Assembly: GCF_047425875.1 (NCBI RefSeq)
Contig: NZ_CP179727.1
Location: 712,259 to 736,258, forward strand
DNA: 24,000 nt
From: Macrococcus animalis
Lineage (GTDB): Bacteria > Bacillota > Bacilli > Staphylococcales > Staphylococcaceae
Reading direction: 5' to 3'
Each line of letters starts with the position of its first letter. Positions within the stretch are counted from its first letter, which is position 1. Under the pieces are notes generated by a model, which was not told the DNA's origin, searched no databases, and saw nothing but the letters and a program-made list of their open reading frames with translations. Shown here one piece after another: positions 18,773-24,000 of this stretch. The translations under genes were made by a program, and so were the position numbers.

Positions 18773-20119
18773 TTAATGTAAAGATTTCGTATTGTTCTCA
18801 ACTAATGCGTGTTCAATTTGTTCTAATGTATAACCACGTGTTTCAAATACAAAGTATTTAACAAAGATCGCACCAATGATACAGAAGACACCGAAGATGC
18901 TAAATAGTAATTTATCTCCTAGTGTTGTAAGTAAGACGGGGAAACTGACTGATACTGTCCAGTTCGCTACCCAGTTCACGAGTGACGCAATCCCTACTGC
19001 TAAACCTCTGATTTTAAGTGGGAATACTTCACCAATCATAATCCACATCACTGGTCCCCACGTTGCACAGAAACTAGAAATATATGTTGCAATAAAGATA
19101 AATGTGAAGAGATGGAATCCTTCTTTACCCGCTTCATGTTGAAATGCCCAGGCAAGTGCGAAGAATGATGCCCCCATCGCAAGCGCTCCTGCAGTTAAGA
19201 CTGTTTTACGTTTAAAGCGATCCATGAATATTGTCGCAATCACAGTAACAATGACATAGAATACACCTAATAGAATTTGAGTCTTAATCGCGGTTGAAGC
19301 ATCTGTGCCACCGCTCATTAAAATACGTGGTGCATAATAGAAGACTGTATTACACCCCATCCATTGTTGTAAGATCGCTAAACCAAAGGCTACAACTAGT
19401 GCTGGACGTGTCCATTTCGCAAATACGTCTTTGAATGTCCCTGTTGCTTGTTTATTTTGTTCTTCAATGTCATGAATTTCTTTTGCTGCTTCATCCCTTG
19501 TTAAGATGTTATTTAATATATCCATTGCTTCTTGTACTTTCCCATTCTTCACCAAGAAACGAGGTGACTCAGGTAATAATAATGCGCCGATGAATAGAAT
19601 TAAAGCTGGTACCGCTGCAAATCCTAACATTAATCGCCACCCTATTGGAGAGTCTTGCCATCCGTAGTTGGCAATGTATGCAATTAACATCCCAATCATA
19701 ATCATTAATTGGTTTAACGCACTTAATCGTCCTCTATCTTTAGCAGGTGCGAGTTCCGCTAAATACATTGGAACCAACGCACTCGCACCACCGACTGCTA
19801 CCCCTAAGAATAAACGAGAAATATTTAATACTGTAACGTCAGGTGCTAATCCACAACCGATTGCTCCGATAAAGAAGATTGAAGCTGTAACCATCATCAT
19901 CTTCTTACGACCATATTTATCTGCGAGTGGTGAAATTAATATTGCACCAACTACAGCACCGATTAATACACAACTTACTACAAACCCTATTTGAGACTCA
20001 CTTAATTTTAATTCTTCTTGAATGAATATTTGAGCACCGGCGATGACACCCGTATCATACCCGAATAATAGGCCACCTAAAGCGCCGAAGAAGAATATCA
20101 TTGATTTTGATAATTTCAT
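18773..20119 (-). CDS. MFS sugar-porter family transporter (XylT/XylE-like pentose:H+ symporter by context)
   Basis: 12-TM profile. Sugar-porter signatures GRKKMMM, PESPRFL and AELAPAKDRG. Located between xylB and the mutarotase. Confidence 0.85.
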   Translation of the reverse strand: MKLSKSMIFFFGALGGLLFGYDTGVIAGAQIFIQEELKLSESQIGFVVSCVLIGAVVGAILISPLADKYGRKKMMMVTASIFFIGAIGCGLAPDVTVLNISRLFLGVAVGGASALVPMYLAELAPAKDRGRLSALNQLMIMIGMLIAYIANYGWQDSPIGWRLMLGFAAVPALILFIGALLLPESPRFLVKNGKVQEAMDILNNILTRDEAAKEIHDIEEQNKQATGTFKDVFAKWTRPALVVAFGLAILQQWMGCNTVFYYAPRILMSGGTDASTAIKTQILLGVFYVIVTVIATIFMDRFKRKTVLTAGALAMGASFFALAWAFQHEAGKEGFHLFTFIFIATYISSFCATWGPVMWIMIGEVFPLKIRGLAVGIASLVNWVANWTVSVSFPVLLTTLGDKLLFSIFGVFCIIGAIFVKYFVFETRGYTLEQIEHALVENNTKSLH

Positions 20120-20135
20120 CCTAATCCCTCATTCT

Positions 20136-21635
20136 CTATTTTTGAATTATTTTTTGTAGTGCATGACTCATGTTTTTAGTATCGTTATATGCTTTTTGCC
20201 AAATTGCATATACCTTCTCATAGTATTTTACGTTTGCTTCATTGGGTGAGAATACTGCTGATTTGTATACAACCCATGCCTCAATTGCTTCGTCTGCTGA
20301 TGCAAACCAACCTTCTCCTATTGCTGCAATCATACATGCTCCAAGGCCAGGACCTTGTTCTACTTCTAAACGTATTATATCCTTGTTGAAGACATCTGCT
20401 TGAATTTGCATCCAGTCTGGATTTTTAGAACCACCGCCAACTGAAATTAAGCGCTTCACATTACCAGCGTTTAATCCTTCGTAAATTACTTGGCTATCTT
20501 TTAAACTAAATGTTATCCCTTCAAGCACAGCTCTTGAGAAGTGTTTCAGTTCATGATGTGTATCAATACCAATGAAACTACCACGAATTTGACTGTCGTA
20601 GTGTGGTGAACGTTCTCCAACGATGTAGGGTGTAAATAATAATCCATCTGATCCTGGTTTAACGGTATAGATTTCATTTAATAGCGTTGCAAAGTCTAAA
20701 CCTTTCGCAAAGGTATTCTTAAACCAGTTGAGTGAATTCCCTGCTGCGAGTGTCACACCCATAGAATAGTATTGATCTGGAATCACGTGGTTGAAGAAAT
20801 GGAGTTGTCCTTCATAGTTCTTCGCTTCAGGTTCTATTGCACTGAATACACCACTTGTTCCAATAGAAACTAATCCAGTATCACTTGATAACCCAGCACC
20901 TAAAGCAGCACATGCATTATCTGCACCGCCTGTGTAAACGCTTACATCACGTTCTAAATTAAAACGTGACTTAATATCATCACGCACTTTTCCTACACAA
21001 CCAAATGATTCGTGCAGTGTTGGTAGTATATCAGCATCAATATTAAATGCATCTATCATCTCTTGTGACCAAGATTTTGCATCCACATCTAATAGTAACG
21101 TACCAGCCGCATCACTATATTCCGTATAATAAACACCTGTGAACCAGTAACCCAAGTAATCTTTAGGCATCATAATCTTTCTTACTTTAGCCCACGTTTC
21201 AGGTTCATGGCGTTGTAACCATAAGATCTTCGGTAATGTAAAGCCTTCTAATACACGGTTCTTTGTAATTTCAAATAAACGTGTCCCTAACTTCTCAGCA
21301 ATGATATTACATTCTTCAGATGTACGCACATCATTCCATAAAATTGCTGGATACACTGGACGATGATCTTCTCCTAATGCTACAAGAGAATGCATTTGAC
21401 CTGAGAAACTAATCGCAGAAAGTTCCTTGCCGAAGTCAGCAACGTGTAATGAAATCTCTGTTAATACTTTCTCACATGCCAAGATCCAGTAATCAGGATG
21501 TTGTTCAGAATATCCTACTTTCGGTGTATCGAGTGGATATTCACTGCTGCTTTCAGCAACCACTTTGCCTTCTTTGTTCATCAATATCCCTTTTAAGCTA
21601 CTTGTTCCTAAATCTATTCCTAATACATAGCTCAC
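20136..21635 (-). CDS. xylB: Xylulokinase (FGGY family)
   Basis: N-terminal LGIDLGTSSLKG. The FGGY C-terminal region has VGGGSKNPDWMQIQADVF. GTG start preceded by GAGGAG. Directly downstream of xylA. Confidence 0.9.
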   Translation of the reverse strand: MSYVLGIDLGTSSLKGILMNKEGKVVAESSSEYPLDTPKVGYSEQHPDYWILACEKVLTEISLHVADFGKELSAISFSGQMHSLVALGEDHRPVYPAILWNDVRTSEECNIIAEKLGTRLFEITKNRVLEGFTLPKILWLQRHEPETWAKVRKIMMPKDYLGYWFTGVYYTEYSDAAGTLLLDVDAKSWSQEMIDAFNIDADILPTLHESFGCVGKVRDDIKSRFNLERDVSVYTGGADNACAALGAGLSSDTGLVSIGTSGVFSAIEPEAKNYEGQLHFFNHVIPDQYYSMGVTLAAGNSLNWFKNTFAKGLDFATLLNEIYTVKPGSDGLLFTPYIVGERSPHYDSQIRGSFIGIDTHHELKHFSRAVLEGITFSLKDSQVIYEGLNAGNVKRLISVGGGSKNPDWMQIQADVFNKDIIRLEVEQGPGLGACMIAAIGEGWFASADEAIEAWVVYKSAVFSPNEANVKYYEKVYAIWQKAYNDTKNMSHALQKIIQK

Positions 21636-21656
21636 GCATCTTCACTCCTCATGAAA

Positions 21657-21706
21657 AGCGTCTAACTATCTAAATATCTCTTTAAATAGTTAGACGCTAT
21701 TTTTTT
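21657..21706. terminator. Intercistronic 13-bp perfect hairpin between xylA and xylB (partial terminator or processing/stability element)
   Basis: AGCGTCTAACTAT (21657-21669) / ATAGTTAGACGCT (21686-21698). On the operon (minus) strand it is followed only by UUUUC and then the xylB RBS. On the plus strand it is followed by T7 (21700-21706). Confidence 0.6.
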
Positions 21707-21713
21707 ATATCTA

Positions 21714-23021
21714 TTACACCAAATAATCGTTTAATTTAGATTTAACTAACTCGATATGGCTTGATTTTAATTCTACTGTATCTAAACTTAAAGCATGCTC
21801 AGTTAATGATTCTAAATCCTCTTTATCTTCAACAATGCTTTGACCAATACCAGATTTAAATGTTTCATAACGCTCATCGATTAATTTATCAAAGAATTTA
21901 TCGTTCATTAATTTTTCTACAGATTTTAAAGCACGTGCGTATGTGTCCATACCCGCGATATGCGCTAAGATTAAATCATCCATTTCAAATGAAGAACGAC
22001 GTACTTTAGAGTCAAAGTTAATACCACCTGGCGCTAATCCTCCATTACGAACAACTTCTAACATTGCTAACGTTGCAGCATATCCATCTGTTGGGAATTC
22101 GTCAGTATCCCAACCTAATAATAAGTCGCCTTGGTTGGCATCAATTGAACCTAATGCATCATAACTTCTTGCAACACTTAATTCATGTTCAAACGTATGA
22201 CCCGCTAAAGTCGCATGGTTCGCTTCTAAGTTTAATTTGAAGTCGCCTTCTAAATCATAATGTTTTAAGAATGCTATTGTAGTTGCAGCATCGAAATCAT
22301 ATTGGTGTTTTGAAGGTTCTTTTGGTTTAGGCTCTAATAAGAATTGAGGTTTGTGACCAATTTTTTCACCATATTTTACTGCCATTTTGAAGAAACGTGC
22401 AATATTATCTTGCTCAAATTTCATATCCGTATTAAGTAATGTTTCGTAACCTTCACGTCCACCCCAGAATACGTAGTTTTCTCCGCCTAATTTCTTAGAA
22501 ATATCTAGACCCTTCTTCACTTGTGCTGCAGCGAAAGCAAATACATCTGCATTATTTGTAGAAGCAGCACCGTTGTTATAACGTGGGTGTGAGAACATGT
22601 TTGCTGTATTCCATAATAATTTAATACCTGTTTGGTCCATTTTCTCTTTAATTAAATCTGTAATCACATCTAAATTATCGTAAAATTCTTGTAAAGACTC
22701 ACCCTCAGGCGCAACGTCTACATCGTGGAAACAGAAGTACTCGATCCCCATCTTCTCCATGAATTCAAAGAAAGCATCAACGCGGTTTTTAGCTGTTTGC
22801 ATTGGATCTTCGTCAAACCAGTTACGCGTGTTTACTGCGCTACCAAATGGATCTGAACCATCTTGCGTCATTGTGTGCCAATATGCAGCAGCGAAACGAA
22901 GATGATCTTTCATCGGTTTACCTAATACAACCTCTTCCGCATTATAATGTCTGAAAGCAAATGGATTTTCCGTCTTAGTACCTTCATATTTAATCTTTTC
23001 AACATTTTCAAAATAAGTCAT
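21714..23021 (-). CDS. xylA: Xylose isomerase (class II)
   Basis: Motifs [14 protein letters not shown] and LEPKPKEP. Start taken at ATG 23021 ([14 protein letters not shown]), 8 nt after GGAGG. The 5 extra track codons overlap the RBS. Confidence 0.95.
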   Translation of the reverse strand: MTYFENVEKIKYEGTKTENPFAFRHYNAEEVVLGKPMKDHLRFAAAYWHTMTQDGSDPFGSAVNTRNWFDEDPMQTAKNRVDAFFEFMEKMGIEYFCFHDVDVAPEGESLQEFYDNLDVITDLIKEKMDQTGIKLLWNTANMFSHPRYNNGAASTNNADVFAFAAAQVKKGLDISKKLGGENYVFWGGREGYETLLNTDMKFEQDNIARFFKMAVKYGEKIGHKPQFLLEPKPKEPSKHQYDFDAATTIAFLKHYDLEGDFKLNLEANHATLAGHTFEHELSVARSYDALGSIDANQGDLLLGWDTDEFPTDGYAATLAMLEVVRNGGLAPGGINFDSKVRRSSFEMDDLILAHIAGMDTYARALKSVEKLMNDKFFDKLIDERYETFKSGIGQSIVEDKEDLESLTEHALSLDTVELKSSHIELVKSKLNDYLV

Positions 23022-23053
23022 GATAAATTCCTCCATAAATTTAATAATATATA

Positions 23054-23073
23054 CATTGTTTATTTAATTGTTT
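23054..23073. repeat. Tandem direct repeat ATTGTTTA-N4-ATTGTTTA in the xylA / AraC-regulator divergent promoter region
   Basis: Copies at 23054-23061 and 23066-23073 (12-bp period). They overlap the candidate -35 (TTGTTT) of the regulator gene and the -35/spacer of the xylA promoter. Confidence 0.8.
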
Positions 23074-23106
23074 AAGTCTATATTTATCAGTACGAGGTGA
23101 AACAAC

Positions 23107-24000
23107 ATGAAAAATGAATATGAACTCATCGATCATCATAAAGTAAATAACATTAAAGCATTCGTCATTGAAATCAACTATCGTAGACCACACTTGCATA
23201 CTGACTTAGAAATTATCTACGTCTTAGAAGGAACCTTGACCGTTAGACTAGAACAAAAAACAGTTACCGTTGAAAAAGGTCAATTCTTCCTGCTTAATAC
23301 ATGCCAGTTACACGAATTTATATCTAAAGAAACAGCTCAACTATTAATCATACAATTTAATACTAGATCAATAGAACATCTCTTTCCTGAAATCAATGAA
23401 ATACTGTTTGATAATGCGCCAGTCAATCACACACTATCACCCTCATTACTTCAAAACTATTTAACGCTGAGCCGTTCATACTTTAAAGAAGATGAACTTT
23501 TCCATCTTGCTTGCCAGGGATATGCTATCCTTACACTTTTCGAACTTGTGAAAGTGGTACCTTACACGCAAATTACAAGTACAGAAAGAGATAATCTCCT
23601 TTCTCGTAACGACCGTATATCTAGAGTGAGTCAGTATATCCAAAGAAATTACAATGAAAAGATATTACTGAGTGAACTCGCACAACAAGAGAATATCACT
23701 ACATCATATTTATCCAATTTCATCAAAACACATTTTGGATATACCTTTCAGGAACTCGTTAATTTCACACGTTGTGAGAAAGCAAAGCACCTACTCGTTA
23801 ATACAAAGAGTAATCTGTTAACCATCAGCCAAAACTGTGGCTTCTCTGATGTAAGATATTTAAATAAATCATTTAAAGCAATGTTTGGTATGACACCCCA
23901 GCAATATCGCATTCAGACAATCGCACCTGAAAAGATATCTGAAATGAATGACTTGCAAAGTGTTGATATTCAACACGTATTGACTAAAGACCAAAGTATT
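23107..24000 (+). CDS. AraC/XylS-family transcriptional regulator with an N-terminal cupin-like sensor (3' end beyond the window)
   Basis: Not in the ORF track because no stop is reached. ATG 23107 lies 7 nt after GAGGTG, and 298 open codons run to the window edge. Cupin-like HTDLEIIYVLEGTLTV...FFLLNTCQLHEF. AraC HTH pair LSELAQQENITTSYLSNFIKTHFG...LTISQNCGFSDVRYLNKSFKAMFGMTPQQYR. Confidence 0.8.
   Translation, partial: MKNEYELIDHHKVNNIKAFVIEINYRRPHLHTDLEIIYVLEGTLTVRLEQKTVTVEKGQFFLLNTCQLHEFISKETAQLLIIQFNTRSIEHLFPEINEILFDNAPVNHTLSPSLLQNYLTLSRSYFKEDELFHLACQGYAILTLFELVKVVPYTQITSTERDNLLSRNDRISRVSQYIQRNYNEKILLSELAQQENITTSYLSNFIKTHFGYTFQELVNFTRCEKAKHLLVNTKSNLLTISQNCGFSDVRYLNKSFKAMFGMTPQQYRIQTIAPEKISEMNDLQSVDIQHVLTKDQSI

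Noticed and set aside
18876-22164. Plus-strand ORFs 18876-19142, 19668-19994, 20189-20389, 21449-21673 and 21943-22164
   Set aside because: They are antisense shadows of the MFS transporter, xylB and xylA genes.
22952-22965. cre-like sequence TGAAAGCAAATGGA inside the 5' end of xylA
   Set aside because: It lacks the invariant central CG (CA instead) and the 3' half does not fit, so it is not called as a CcpA site.

Overview
Low-GC (roughly one-third G+C) Firmicute chromosome, Staphylococcaceae-like in gene content and signals. The window is dominated by three sugar-catabolic modules, all on the minus strand. (1) A Bacillus-type ribose operon, rbsR-K-D-A-C-B (3481-9091), has a sigma-A promoter carrying two LacI/CcpA-type palindromes. 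(2) A beta-glucoside module, licT / bglP (PTS EIIBCA) / 6-phospho-beta-glucosidase (13357-17686), has a textbook RAT-terminator antitermination switch. (3) A xylose module, xylA-xylB-MFS sugar porter-aldose epimerase (17795-23021), is divergent from an AraC-family regulator that runs off the right edge. Between and beside these lie a RecQ-like helicase 3' end with a ComF/PRTase-like tail, a LysM peptidoglycan hydrolase and an orphan PfkB kinase. There are also a CopL/YdhK-like copper lipoprotein behind a CsoR-like operator, two other membrane or lipoproteins, an M20 amidohydrolase and an ABM-fold protein. I found no rRNA or tRNA genes, CRISPR array, transposase or integrase, phage genes, or recognisable defence or toxin-antitoxin system. 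Composition looks uniform, so this reads as ordinary metabolic chromosome, and I do not see convincing evidence for a novel multi-gene system. The modest items worth a second look are these: the helicase-PRTase fusion; the solitary CsoR-boxed copL-like gene; a well-formed small gene broken by an amber codon at codon 5; the AraC-type (not ROK-type) control of the xyl operon with ATTGTTTA repeats; an 18-bp perfect palindrome in the bgl leader; and an intercistronic hairpin between xylA and xylB. All functional calls rest on motif recognition by eye, and no database search was possible.
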